Position numbers and translations under genes: made by a program
Part shown: one piece after another, positions 46,060 through 59,388 of the stretch
Position numbering within the stretch: the first letter of the stretch is position 1
Layout of the letters: each line of letters starts with the position of its first letter
From: Squalus acanthias
Lineage: Eukaryota
DNA length: 64,000 nt
Reading direction: 5' to 3'
NCBI GenBank assembly: GCA_030390025.1
Contig: CM059432.1
Coordinates: 132,558,001-132,622,000, forward strand
The notes under the pieces: model-generated
What the model was told of the DNA's origin: nothing
What the model saw: only the letters and a program-made list of their open reading frames with translations
The model's database searches: none

Positions 46060-49042
46060 AGCATATCAGGAGTAGAAAAGAGGAATAAGGTGCATAAAAG
46101 AGTGAGTGTGTTGGATAGTACTGGAGAAGATAGTACTAGAGGTGGTAGTCTGTTCCAATCTAATATGGTACTACTAAGAAAGACTACAAAAAATTCAAAA
46201 ATGGGTTCAGAATGCATGTACGTAAACGCACAAAGTGTGGTGAATAAGGTTGGTGAGCTACAAGCACAATTAGCTGTGTGGCAATACTATGTTGTGGCAA
46301 TAACAGAAACGTGGCTTAAAAACAGTGAGGACTGGACACTTAATATTCAAGGGTACAAGGTGTTCAGAAAAGATAGGGAAGGAACAAAGGGAGGTGGGGT
46401 GGCAGTGCTGATTAAGGAAGACATTGTAGTGTTGGAAAGGGAGGATGTTCTTGAGGGGACAAGGACAGAATCCATTTGGTTAGAGTTGAGGATCAAAAAG
46501 GGTATGATCACACTATTGGGGGTACTCTATAGGCCTCCAAATAGAGAGAGGGAGGTAGAGGAGCAAATCTGCAGGGAAATCGCAGAGATATGCAAGAGCT
46601 ATAGAGTGGTGATATTGGGGGACTTTAATTACCCAAATATCGATTGGGATAATGCTAGGGTAAAGGGGGAGGAATTTCTGAAATGTGTTCAGGAGAATTT
46701 CCTTGACCAATATGTTCTTGGCCCAACTAGGAAGGGAGGCATTACTTGATCTGGTGCTGGGGAATAAGGTGGGCCAGGTCGACCAAGTGTCTGTGGGAGA
46801 ACACTTGGGTACGAGTGATCATCGTATCATAAGATTTAGATTAGCAATGGAGAGGAGCAAGGAACAATCTAGAGTGGAACTTCTAAACTGGAATAGGGCT
46901 AACTTCAATGGGATGCAAAAGGGATCTAGCCAGAGTAAAATGGAACCAAAGACTGAAAGGAAAAACTGTAACGGAACAATGGGTGATCTTTAAGGAGGAG
47001 ATGTTTCAAGTACAGGCTAGGTACATTCCAACAAGAGGGAAGGGTAAGGGAACCAAAGCAATGGCTCCTTGGATGACGAGGGAGATAGAGAAGACGATGA
47101 AACAAAAAAAGGAGTATGATGCATGTCAGGTGAATTCTTCAAGGGAGAACCAGACCAAATACAATAAGTTGAGAGGGGATGTGAAGATGAAAATAAGATT
47201 GGCAAAGAGAGAATATGAGAGTAGAATGGCAGATAACATAAAAGGGAACCCAAAAATCTTCTTCCGGCATGTAAACAGTAAGCGGGGTGGGGCCTATTAG
47301 AGACAAAGAAGGTGATATATGCTTAGTGGCGCAGGGCAAGGCTAGAATACTCAATGAGTACTTTGTATCGGTGTTTACTAAGGAGGTGGATGCTGACAAA
47401 ATATCGGTATAAGTAGAAAAGGTAGAAGCAATGGAAGGGGTGAAAGTTGATAGACAGGATGTACTAGAAAGGCTGGGTATGCTTAGAGTGGACAAGTCGC
47501 CTGGTCCAGATGGCTTGCATCCCAGGTTGCTAAGGGAATTGGGGGAGGAGATAGCTGAAGGGCTTGCCATAATTTTCCAATCTTCCCTAGATGCGGGGGA
47601 GGTGCCTGAGGATTGGAAAGTGGCAAATGTGACACCATTGTTCAAGAAAGGGTGTAAGGACAATCCTAGTAACTACAGTTTAACATCAGTGGTGGGTAAA
47701 GTTTTAGAAACAATAATCAAGGAAAAAATGAACGGGCATTTGGAGAGGTTTAAGCTAATTAAGGAGAGCCAACACGGGTTTGTAAAAGGAAGATCGTGTT
47801 TGACTAATCTAATTGAATTTTTTGATGAAGTAACAGAGAGGATTGATGAAGGGAATGCAATGGACGTTGTCTACATGGATTTTCAGAAGGCGCTTGACAA
47901 AGTACCACATAGAAGGCTGGTTAACAAAATTGAGGCTCATGGAATAGGTGGGTCAGTGGCAGCTTGGATAAGAATTGGCTTAAGGACAGAAAACAGCGAG
48001 TTGTTTTTCAGACTGGAGGATGGTAGACAGTGGTGTTCCCCAAGGGTCAGTGCTGGGGCCACTGCTTTTTTTGATTGATATATAAATAAATGACCTGGAT
48101 ATTGGAATACAGAGTAGAATTTCTAAATTTGCCGATTACACCAAACTTGGTGGTGTGGCAAACAGTGATGATGATATCGATCGACTGCAACAGGACATAG
48201 AAAGGCTAGCAGAATGGGCAGACAAGTGGCAGATGGAATTTAATACAGAGAAGTGTGAGGTGATGCATTTTGGCAGAAGGAACAGAGAGAGGCAATATAC
48301 ACTTAATGGCACAGTTTTAAAGAGTGTGCAGGGACAGAGGGACGTGGGAGTTAATGTGCATAGGTCCCTGAAGGTGGCAGGACATATTGAGAGAGTGGTT
48401 AACAAAGCATATGGGATCTTGGGCTTCATAAATAGAGGTATTGAGTACAAAAGTAGAGAAGTTATGCTGAACCTTTATAAAGCGCTGGTTAGGCCACAAC
48501 TGGAGTATTGCGTCCAGTTCTGGTCACCACACTTTAGGAAGGATGTGAAGGCCCTTGAGAGGGTGTAGAGGAGATTTACCAGAATGGTTCTGGGGATGGG
48601 GGATCTTAGCTACAAGGACAGGTTGGAGAAGCTGGATTTATTTTCATTGGAGCAAAGGAGGTTGAGGGGTGATTTGATAGAGGTGTACAAGATTATGACG
48701 GACTTGGATAGGCTAGACGGGGAAAGGCTGTTCCCACTAGTTGATGGTACAAGGACTAGGGGACACAGATTTAAGGTTTTGGGCAAGAGATACAGGGGGG
48801 ACGTGAGGAAAAACTTTTCTACAAAGTGAGTGGTGATGACCTGGAACGTGCTGCCGATGGAAGTGGTGGAAGTGGAAACACTCAATGTTTTCAAGGGGAG
48901 ACTGGATAGGCGCTTGAGGGAAATAAACTTGCAGGGCTACGGGGATAGAGCGGGGGAATGGGACTGACTGGATTGCTCTACAGAGAGCCGGCACGGACTC
49001 GATGGGTCGAATGACCTCCTTCTGTGCCGTTATGACTCTATC
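46060..49042 (+). mobile_element. CR1 LINE with near-complete but broken ORF2 (APE endonuclease + RT) and 3' UTR, antisense within an SLC35B3 intron
   Basis: APE motifs VAITETW, GGGVAVLIK, ILGDFNYP, LLDLVL, SDH; RT motifs KSPGPDG, QHGF, YMDFQKALDKV, GVPQGSVLGP, FADYT. Several frameshifts and stops. Confidence 0.95.
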
Positions 49043-49983
49043 TCCCAGTTGTTACAGGAAGAAAAATGAGAAGCCTCCAACATGGCCAGAAGTTAGGGGG
49101 AATCTGAAAGCAATGAGTTAACTCTCCTGGCTACTCAGATGTTCATTTACATGCCTATGAAAGGGTTTGGTTTCAAGCAGCATCATTGGCCTCCACTATT
49201 GGTAATCGGGACCAACCGTCTCTCATCGTGGAGCCAGTACCCATATAAGATGCAAAGGGGGTCACAGTCTCCCAATGGCCCTGGTAACCAACATTTTGGT
49301 TTGGTCTATTGTTGTGGTACTAAGCAGTATTGAATAATTGGCATCAGCTTATAACAAGCTGCTTTTATCTTTGGTTGGTCAGAACCAACTAGTACCAAGA
49401 ACACATCAGGAGTGTCGAACAGGTTGTCAAACTGATGAACAGGTATCAGCAGCTGGCAACACAGCAGGGACCACATGTCAGGCACATAATGTTAAGCATA
49501 CTGCGGGCTGTAGGTGGAGAGATTTTGATGAGATTAAATCACTTTGCGAAGAAGAACAGACAAAATTAAGAAACATGCATCATGTAGAATATCATCTTCC
49601 AGCTTTGTGAAAAATTAACAAGAATACACGTCTTTTATACGGTGCTAGAGTGGGAAAGGTCACACGCATGACAAGTCACCATCATTTCACTGCCATAACA
49701 TCTTAAAGGAAGGCTGTTTGATTTTTTTCCTATGGTGGAACACAAGAATGTTTTGGCCTATTCTTGCAGTTTATAACAGATGCAGAGAATGAAGAATGAC
49801 AGTTACTCTGAAAATGAGCTTTCTTTTTTTAAAAAAAAGATAGTTGAAACTTGGAATCTAGCTTTAGCTGCTATACAAATTTTATGCAACTTTGTAAAAT
49901 GGGTGCATTATATTCCATTATGCCATGTATAACTTTAACATAAAAAGAGAATTTTTTTTGAAATTTCTATTCAGTAAGTTTTT

Positions 49984-50719
49984 GGCCCAGAAATTGATCT
50001 CGCTCTGTTCCCGCGGGGGTAAGGCTTCCCCGCGATCTCTCACTCCGCTTGTGCTTTTTCAGATCCAGCTCGCACGAACTTGATGTTCCAGACATCAGCT
50101 GGGCAGTGCTTGCGTATCCCACCGGCGTAGTGAATTCGTGCGAGCTGTGGGATCATGTGACTCAGTTAGAGCCAATGGCAGCACACCATCTTCCATTCAT
50201 AAGTTTCACATACGTGCTGTGAAATCTATGAATCTTACACCCCCCCAAAATAACAGCTAAACCTCAATTAAATTTAAAAAAAACCCCATCACATTAATAA
50301 AATAAGTATAGTTAAATAAATTAACCATTTTAAATAAAAAATTAAATTTTTGAAAAAATTTAAAATCTTTTAAAAAGTTATAAAAATAAACTTACCTGTC
50401 TTTAAAGTCTCTAAAAAAGATATACCTGTTAAAAAAAATTCAAAAAAATACTTAATTCACTACTTACCTTGTTAAAAGTGGGTCTTACTCCTCCTTTTTC
50501 CATTTCTAAAATCTTCCGTACTTACCTGCGCGTCCAAAGCATGAAGTGCACAGCGTGCGCGCAGCCTGTAGCGCGCACGCGATGCACCGCCCCCTTTTCA
50601 AAAGACCAAGTGCCGGTTTTCAGCGCATGCGCAGGGCATGCAGAAAACCGGCAATTGGAGAGAGAATACGCGAGAGTACGCAGTGCATACTCTCGCGTCG
50701 CGGGATGAATTTTTGGCCC
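49984..50719 (+). mobile_element. Multi-hairpin TIR element, diverged relative of 15451-16205
   Basis: Ends ggcccagaaatt / aatttttggccc. Shared landmarks tgggatca, gagccaatgg, aaaaataaacttacct, ggtcttac, ggttttcagcg. Confidence 0.82.
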
Positions 50720-50845
50720 AAAGATTACAACAGCCTAGAAGGCAAAGGTTCCAATCATATTTTCTAAAATTGAAATAAGGACTTATCTGTTTTCCAATTT
50801 TAGCAAACCTTAGTGGTGATGAACAATGTGAGAGGTTTATATTAC

Positions 50846-50957
50846 CTGTTACAGCAACAAGTGCACCGAAGAGCTTTATCAAAGCTAGTACAAAGGAGAT
50901 TCCAAAATATCCAGTCAATGAAAACATAAATGCATAACCATATGTCTGCATAAGATG
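50846..50957 (-). CDS. SLC35B3: SLC35B3 internal coding exon, 112 nt: HLMQTYGYAFMFSLTGYFGISFVLALIKLFGALVAVT(V)
   Basis: ttttgcag|CATCTTATG...GTAACAG|gtaat. Lies in ORF 50598..50987 and matches recalled human TYGYAFLFSLTGYFGISFVLALIKIFGALIAVT. Phase 0/1. Confidence 0.96.
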
Positions 50958-51649
50958 CTGCAAAACAAACATAGAAACAGAAATCATAGCTCATCAATGA
51001 CTCCAGAACTACAAAGATTAACAGTGTTTTGCACACTGTTATAAAACGCATTTACATTGCACATTCAGGAAGTTAAAAACTTGTACAAGTAGTGTCCTTT
51101 AAAAGAGTAAACTTTCAAGTCAATAACACCAATTATTTGTTCTTGTCCCTTCATAAATAAAAAAAAAATCTATAGCTGCCAGTCATATTTAAAAAACAAT
51201 GGTGATAGGGTAAGGCGTACTTGCAGTACATCACCAAAGTTGAAAACAGTACAAGACCAGGTAATTCAGTAATTAGCGATTAGCTGATGCCAAGTTTGAG
51301 TTTTGAGGAAAGGAGTTTCACAGAAAAGAGTAGGAAACTGCGCAAAATTCTTGAATTTAACAAAGTGACAATATAGCAGGAAGAGTGTGTAAACTGAAGG
51401 GGGAAAGTTCAGAGCAGGGACTGAATACAATAGTATTGATAATAAAGGGTGGGGGGGGAGTAAGGGAGGAAGATTTTCAGTGCCCTCCTTCTCCGGATGA
51501 CCATTCGCAGATATTTGCAGGCTACTTGGACACTAATAGAATGACTGTGATTGTGAATGCTCCACTATTGTATGTGGAGGACATAGGGCTACAAATGTGC
51601 AACGACCTCCCCACCAAGTTTAGGGAACCCAACCGTCTGGAAAAACTAT

Positions 51650-52123
51650 GGCCATGATATTGACTGGGGCGGGTTCTGTGAGCAGGGAGGGAGAAGTTCC
51701 GGTTTCCCCGCACGCTGTGGAGTTTTAACTCCATCCCGGGGTGGGGGGTAGACTGATGGCAGGCAGGGAAGAAGGTAAGCTTGGTGGGGCGGGGGGGAAA
51801 AGAGAAGCACTCCTGCTCCTCCTGGCTCACTAGCAGCGCTGTATAGGCACTTAACTTTTCCATGAAGCAGCCCTCACCTCGCTTTAGCTGCCTTGTTTCC
51901 CAATGCCTGGGAAACAACGGCTGGCCAGGATTAAACCTAGAAGACAGGTCAAATAGAAGGCACGCATCCTCTTTATAATATTTAAATGGCCAACCCGACT
52001 CCTGGGAGCGGGTTGGTTGCACGCACCCCCCACCCCGCCTCCGTTAAAATTGGAAGTGGGCGCTTGGGCTCAGATTTAGGATTTTTAACATCCCACCCGT
52101 TTTTTGTGGTTAAAATTACTCCC
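51650..52123 (+). mobile_element. Non-autonomous Harbinger-type DNA element
   Basis: Degenerate ends ggccatgatatt / aaaattactccc with TAT on both flanks; motif shared with the copies at 31868 and 7222. Confidence 0.65.
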
Positions 52124-52411
52124 TATGTTTCTTTTATGAGATTGCTGTTTATCCATAGAGAAGTGAAGTTGCTTTCTCTTGCCAATAGCGTGTCAGTCAA
52201 TTGTTTCATGCATCTTATGTTAAAATCCCCTGTACCAGCCTGGAGAAAGCCAAATTCAAAAGGTTTTAGGTCTGAAGTGATTCAGAAAGCCACTGGCAGG
52301 GTCATACCATGCCTGCCCTAGAGTTTGGCTTGAAGTCATCTTGAAACACTCAGCACAACTATGTCATCACCTCCCTGGTGAATCCAAGCCTTCATATGCA
52401 TTATTTCTCAG

Positions 52412-53425
52412 ACATGAGTTCCTCAGGGCAGTATCCTAGGCCCAACCATCTTCAAAATAACAACAGAAAACGTTGGAAAAACTCAGCAGGCGAGGCAGCA
52501 TCCGTGGAGAGAGAACAATGACATCCCCTCTATCATAAGGTCAGAAGTGGGGATGTCCGCTGATGATTGCACAGTGTTCAGTTCCATTCGCAACTCCTCA
52601 GATAATGAAGCAGTCCATGCCCGCATGCAGCAAGACCTGGACGACATTCAGGCTTGGCTGATAAAGTAGCAAGCAACATTCGCGCCACACAAGTGCCGGG
52701 CAATGACTATCTCCAACAAGAGAGCATCTAACCACAGCCCCTTGACATTCAACAACATTACCATCACCGAATCCCCTACCATCAACATCCTGGGGGTCAC
52801 CATTGACCAGAAACTTAACTGGACTAGCCACATAAATACTGTGGCTACAACAGCAGGTCAGAGGGTGGGTATTCTGCAGCGAGTGTCTCACCTTCTGACT
52901 CCCCAAAGCCTTTCCAGCATCTGCAAGGAATGTGATGGAATACTCTCCACTTGCCTGGATGAGTGCAGCTCCAACAACACTCAAGAAGCTCGACACCATC
53001 CAGGACAAAGCAGCCCACTTGATTGGCACCTCATCCACCACCTTAAATATTCACTCCCTCCACCACCAGCTCACTGTGGCTGTAGTGTGTACCATCTACA
53101 AGATGCATTTCAGCAACTCACCAAGGCTTCTTCGACAGCACCTCCCAAACCCGTGACCTCTACCACCTAGAAGGGCAAGGGCAACAGGCACATGGGAACA
53201 CCATCACCTCCAAGTCACACACCATCCTGACTTGGAAATATATCGCCGATCCTTCATCGTCGCTGGGTCAAAATCCTTGAACTCCCTCCCTAACAGCACT
53301 ATGGGAGTACCTTCACAACACGGACTGCAGTGGTTCTGGAAGGCAGCTCACCACCACCTTCTCGAGGGCAATAAATGCTGGCCTTGCCAGTGACGCCCAC
53401 ATCCCAGGAACAAATAATTTTTTTT
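52412..53425 (+). mobile_element. CR1-group LINE (second family) RT C-terminus and 3' UTR with a ~63-bp Penelope fragment inserted at about 52454-52516
   Basis: GVPQGSILGP-like motif, SADDC, ILGVTIDQKLNWTSHI, MEYSPLAW. The insert matches the Penelope arm at 5599-5661. Confidence 0.85.
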
Positions 53426-54756
53426 AAAGTTCCACGATTGGAATAAACCCACCATTGTCAACAGATGAGGTTGGAAGGGTAACGATGGGTAGGAACCCCA
53501 ACAGGTAATGTAGCCTACTTTGTTTTGGATCCATGTGCCACTCCTTGTCCTCTTCTCCCTCCAAGTAACATAAAAGATTCCTGCAGGGACACCCATTATG
53601 CAAAAAGGTATGGTGGGAGTACAATGATTTAAACTAAACCCAAAGCTACTGTATGAAGCCCTTAACCCAAACTGTTAAGCAGAAGAAAAAAAAAATTCAA
53701 AAAAAAAACTACTCACATAGTCCAAGAAATGCACATTTCGTTGTTGCTGTTTAAAAGTTGCTGGCTATCACTTTAACAAAGTAAAGCACAACTGAGCAAC
53801 TGTAAACATCTAATTTATATGGATGAGATTATGAAGTGGTGTTGCACCAGTCTAATGAACAGAAAAGGATGAGGAAGGTATAATAGCGTCACTTTGCGTC
53901 ATTATAGGATGATGAAACAGGCAGGAATTTACAAAAAGAGTGGATAAGCAGAGATGAAATAATAGGATGATGTTATGCAGAAGGCTCAATGGAGCAGCTG
54001 GTCTTTATCTGTCCTTTTTTTTTGTATGTTCACAAATCGGATTTAACTGTGGGTTTAAATATTAGTGCTGTAGAAATGGAAATTTTCACAAGTACTTTGA
54101 ATTATGAGTCACTTCAACATTCACCACTCCAAGGATTGAGCCAAAAATTGTAAACCTCATTTCCTTCCCATAACCTCTACAAAATTATTTTCTATTTCTA
54201 AAGAAATATAATAGAATTAAAGAAATGCAGACAATTTCTTAAATCCCAAAATTACAACTTTGATCTTGTTGCAGAAATATTACCTCAGCCCTCAAAAGGG
54301 CTAAGGATCTCTTTCAAATAGTTGCATTAGTGGTTTCAGAATTGTTTAAAGGAATTTTGCTTATTTTAACAATTCAATATTATACTTAATATTGAATTCT
54401 TATAATGTACAATTCTGTGTACCAGGAAACATTTTATAACACAGATTTTCATTGAACAGTAGTAAAACTAAGTCTTTCAAAACATGTACATCTCTCAAAG
54501 AATGTGAGAAGTGTACCAAACTGTAGAACAATAGTTGCAGATTCAACAACAAAAAAAGATTTTCCTACAGAAAAACCACCACTGAGGAACTTATAGTGGA
54601 CTTTACTCACTGCTTGGCCCGAGTTCAAATCTAGCCCACACTAAAATCTTTCTTTGTACCTTTAATAGTCTTGTGTGAACAATCTTTGGTAGCCTGAATT
54701 TAGCTTAAATTTGTACCAAAACCAAAGTCAATCCCACTTGGTGGGTCCATAAATAT

Positions 54757-54940
54757 ATAAGAACATAAGAAATAGGAGTAGGAGCAGGCCATTTGGCCCC
54801 TCAAGCCTGCTCTGCCATTTCATGAGATCATGGCTGATCCAATTTTGGCCTCAATTCCACTTTCCTGCCTGCTCCCCATAACCCTTGACTCCCCTGTTGC
54901 TCAAAAATCTTTCTATCTCAGCCTTGAATATATTCAATAT
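54757..54940 (-). mobile_element. CR1 LINE 3' fragment
   Basis: ataagaacataagaaataggagtaggagcaggccatttggccc tail. Confidence 0.85.
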
Positions 54941-55726
54941 CGTGCGAGAGTTCCCCTCGATGGATCAATATCACATTTACCCATTAAGCCATAGAGGCAG
55001 GAAAATCGTTTTTAATTCCCAGTCTGTGCTGCATTAGTTGATCTAATCTAGGGCTTCAGCTCCTGCTCGCATTTGCTATCCAGTGACTTCTTCTGGAAAG
55101 GGCACAAGGACAGAGGTTAGGATCAGCTTTGGTGCCCTATTCCCAACTGAAGATTCTTTTAACACAACATCTCGGTTCATATATGTAAAATGGTCATTTG
55201 GGCAATACCTGCCAGAGCTGCCAGTATCTATGGAACTTTATTCCCAGCACAAATCAGTATCCTCCGGAGCGAAGGTGAGAAAATTAGAAAGACGACAAAG
55301 TGGAAAATAATGCATCATTGGTTCATTGGATTAAACTAATTCATCAATATTATGCACTCCACTTTGTCAAGCCAAATAAAGTGGTATTCATAACGTAGTA
55401 AGCATCAATGTAGGGAGTTTCTATACAGCAATAATAATAGATAAAATAGAGCAACAGAGTCAAATCCTAATTAAACAAAAGCCCTTATTAACCATACTCC
55501 ATTTCAGTGGTTATACTGTAGATGGGGCAAAATAAAATAAATGCTTTGGGCATAAAGCATAAAGTCCTTTAAATAGATCATGGATTGAGTTCAGCTCATT
55601 TAATTATCAATACCCATTTGGATGACCATAAATATTGTACCTTGAAATCCTTTTTTTTTTAAAAACTTAGTGCGAACAGGTTTAAAGGCACACATTAGGT
55701 AAGAGTACAAAGTTAAACACACTTAC

Positions 55727-55819
55727 CTTTGAACAAAAGGCAAAAGCAGGGCTCAGTCCACGGGTACAAAACAAACCCGTTAATATATACAGAAAACCTA
55801 TCGAGTAGGAATATAAAAC
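55727..55819 (-). CDS. SLC35B3: SLC35B3 (PAPS transporter 2) internal coding exon, 93 nt: VLYSYSIGFLYILTGLFCTRGLSPAFAFCSK
   Basis: Minus strand ctcttcttgctcttag|GTTTTATATTCC...TGTTCAAAG|gtaagt. Translation matches recalled human VLYSYSIGFVYILLGLTCTSGLGPAVTFCAK. Phase 0/0. Confidence 0.95.
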
Positions 55820-58006
55820 CTAAGAGCAAGAAGAGACAAACATGTACATCATCAACCCTGGATATGCAGCTGCTCAAATTGAAAGCAGACGTTTGGCAAG
55901 CAAACTTATACTGATATAATAAACCAGAGAATGGTGCAAGTGATAAATAATAGGCGGCAAAGGTGCCAAATAGCAAACATCTGGAATTGTTTTAACATAT
56001 TATATGGTTTTGACCTGACTTATTTTCTAAGCCACAGTACATTAAAATACTGGAGCACTTAAGTGGCAAGAGGTACCTGAAAAAGCGAATTGTTGATCCC
56101 TCTTACAAGTTTGCCAAATAAAATAGACTCTAACCATTAGATCATGTTTGCACACTATACACTATAATAGGATACGACCAATTATCTATCCTACATTTGC
56201 TTTTTTAATGCAGAGGAACCTCAATCATCCCAAGAACTTTCATAGAAGGCAAAAGACCAACATAATGCACTGAAGGAAGAGGGAGAGAGACATGCATGGT
56301 CAGCTGCTTGTGGGGATCAGAAGAGCCTCAAATATGGCTCGCCTTATATTCTCAAATCTTTTGTGGAAATATTCTCAAGCTAAAAAAAAAATTACATAGG
56401 ATATACAGCACAGAAACAGGCCGTTCGGCCCAACCAGTCCGTGCTGATTTTATACAATGCAAGGGGAATGGTATGTAAAAGAAACTGGAGGCAGATCACT
56501 ATACAGAAAGGACAGGAGAATACCAGGAAGCAAATCTAGAGGACTGTTGGCCAGCTTTCCTCAATTGCTGATATAGACCAGGGAAATTTCTATTACTTTG
56601 ACTCAGCCATATTTTCTGCCATCATTTGAGCCACTGCCTTGTTTTTGTGGTTCACTGCAGCTTTTCAGAATGCAGTCTAGCCTCAAACAGTGGTGGAAGG
56701 AACTTCTATTCCTTCTAACATACTGAAGAGCTGACTGGTTGACATTTTTGCAAGGCCATCATCAATCAGGTTGGACTGCCCTCAACTGGAATTGAAACAA
56801 AACTTACAAAATGGGATTGTTTCCATTTGTTTTTAAAAAGTGATCACACCATATTCAATCATTTAAAAATAAACTCAGCAATGGACATTCTTTTAAGAGC
56901 TCCTCAATTTCACTTAAAGTTGTGCCTCCTCTCATTTTGCAGAATTGTTTAATTCTCAGGTTTAAGTATAGTTTCTTTTTGTTTTGCTACACACGCTCAG
57001 TAACTGAATTTCCCAAGCTGTACAAACCAAATACTTTTCTTTAAGCACTTGGAAGAGTGATATTCAGCAAGAACGCAATGTTGATTAATATAACATACTC
57101 TGATTTTCTTCGAGAAAATAGGACTGCAATTACACACATCAAAATAACCAGTAAACTAAGGGCAGCTAAAGTAACATTATAGTACAGGGGATGGTCAGGC
57201 AGCAGCAGCCACTCACCCACATCACTGAGCTACCACCCAAAAATACCAGCTCTAGTCTGGGGATAGCAGCAATCTTCCCTTTTGGGAAATTAATACAATT
57301 AATGGAGAGATATTGGAGGCAAGGGAGAAAGAGGAAACAAAACAATTGATACAACTGTTCAAACATCAAAAAGGACTAAAATATTTTACAAAAAGGTACA
57401 AAAAGAAATCCTTATATTTGCATTACTGAACAATTAACCGAGCTTGTTAATAAAATACTTCTTGAAAATTACTGGGGGTGGAAAATGAGTTAAATTGTAT
57501 TTTCATCGCCTCATTATTATTCTCAACCACAGTAGTAAAGATAGAATCTACCATATTTCTAATAGTATTTATTGGTATGTTTCATACTGGCTAATCCAGA
57601 AAGCACAAGCTGGTGAAGCATATCAATCCAGTAGTTTTCAAAGACATTATCATAAAGCTGAATTGAGCACTTCAGATATTCATTTTGTTCAAGACTTTTT
57701 TTTTGTTGCATGATTGTACTATGTACTCATAGCTAGTCAGCCTACTTCACTGCACATTATTACAGGTCATCATTTACAAGACATGGGCTGCATTATAATA
57801 CTGTGAAACATGACAAAGGCTTTTAACCTGATTTAACCTGTCTTTTCTCATGTTGACTTGCTGTATATTTTGGCAATTTCTGTTTTTCCCCATAATTTCT
57901 ACACACCAGACCATTTTTTGCACGAACAATGGGAATGATAGGCCAATCTGGGTAACGATGAATAATACTGGCTGTAACATAAAACACATATTCTGGTGAT
58001 CTACTC

Positions 58007-59388
58007 CAGTGTTGTCCAATACTGTCACGAGTCACACGTTGGGAATCTAGATGTGGCTACTTGCATTTTTGATTAGTAAATAAAAAATGAGTAATTGACA
58101 CAGTCGTTGGGCCCATGATCTCAATACTCACATTCGCAGGGCATATGCATGTGTACTTTAACCTTTTTGTGCATTTGTTGGTAAAATAGCAAGACGAAAG
58201 CAGAGTGTGCGAGTGTTTTTTGATGGTTGTGCATGCTTTACTTCCTTGGTTACTGCTTATTGGTTTTCTGCTAAAATGTGTGCAACATGGTGAAAACGCC
58301 AGACTTCAGCACCATGGAAACACCAGCAACGTTGTATGGAGAGGGAAGCTGTCATTGTGATCAGCTCGACCAATCAGAATAATCACTCCAGGCCAGCGGA
58401 AGAAAGCCAGCCCAACCAATAACGAGGAGCTCCAACAGGGCACATCATTGGCAAAGGGCAGGCAGAATCCAAACGCGTCCTAGATGGAGAGCAGGGCGGG
58501 TCTGGTGTGTCTCGTACGAGTCCACATTCACAGCAAACACTCTGATAAAGTCAAAGGGGTCAAAATTCGGTTGCTTTGCGCCTCCCGTTAGGGCGCTAAC
58601 GGGGCGCAAAGCAACTAGCGCCCAGGCGCGACGTCGCTAACGCCTCCCGCGAAATTCAGTGGGAGGTTAGCGGCGGTGGTAGCTGGTAGCGCCTCGTGGC
58701 GATGATGTCATCGCCATGCGCAGCGCCCCAGCCGCAAACTTAGGCCGTGCCCCGATGTACCGCCGGACGCTATGTCCGACAGGGTCAGGGGGGCGTACTT
58801 GCGGCTGGGGCAGCGATATTTAAAGGGGAGGTGCCGGGCGGCCATTTTTTTGTGGCCCGCCTGCCAGCACCTGCCCCCTCTGCCCTCCTCTTGCGGGGTG
58901 CCGGCTGTGATTAGTCAGCCTGGCACTCCTTTAATAAGGGGAGGGAGGCCTGCAGTACCGTGGCGCTGCGGCACGTAGCGCTGCGATATTGAACTGGAGC
59001 GCCCCAAGAGGGAGGAGGAGCACTTCCAGTAGCACCCCGCCTCCTGCTTGGGGCGCTACCATTCAATTTCGGACGCGGGGGTGCCAACTTTTAGAGCCCC
59101 GACGATGTTAGCGCCAATTTTCCCCCCAAAGTACTGCTCGCGACTGTTAGACAAAAGCCTAGAAGCTGCACTGATAAATTCATGCCAGAATTCCAAACTT
59201 TGGTGAAAGAGAAAGCCTGCAAACTTTTGCACTGAATGGGGGTAATGTTTGCCAAGTAAATATACATGTGAAGTACATTTACTTGTACTGTGTGTAAGGT
59301 GTGTTCTCTAAAATTAGTACAGGTGGCTAAAACAGTGTTGCCATAGCCACACCTGTGGCTAGTCAGCGATTTCAATTGGACAACATTG
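58007..59388 (+). mobile_element. Internally deleted hAT transposon (Buster/Charlie-like) carrying a nested Harbinger-type insert
   Basis: TIR CAGTGTTGTCCAAT/ATTGGACAACATTG; perfect 8-bp TSD ATCTACTC; transposase C-terminal remnant ESTF...LIKSKYCSRL...PEFQTLVKEKACKLLH*. Confidence 0.9.
58556..59127. mobile_element. GC-rich non-autonomous Harbinger-type element
   Basis: TIR ggggtcaaaatt / aattttcccccc; AAA TSD; internal hairpins; left part resembles 22578-22920. Confidence 0.85.

Noticed and set aside
46090..48829. Active full-length CR1
   Set aside because: No ORF1 seen, multiple frameshifts and stops, and the catalytic FADD motif reads FADY.
53717..53799. Possible 83-nt poison exon of SLC35B3 (tttacag...gtgagt on the minus strand)
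   Set aside because: Very weak polypyrimidine tract and no similarity to the protein; indistinguishable from a chance pseudo-exon without RNA data.
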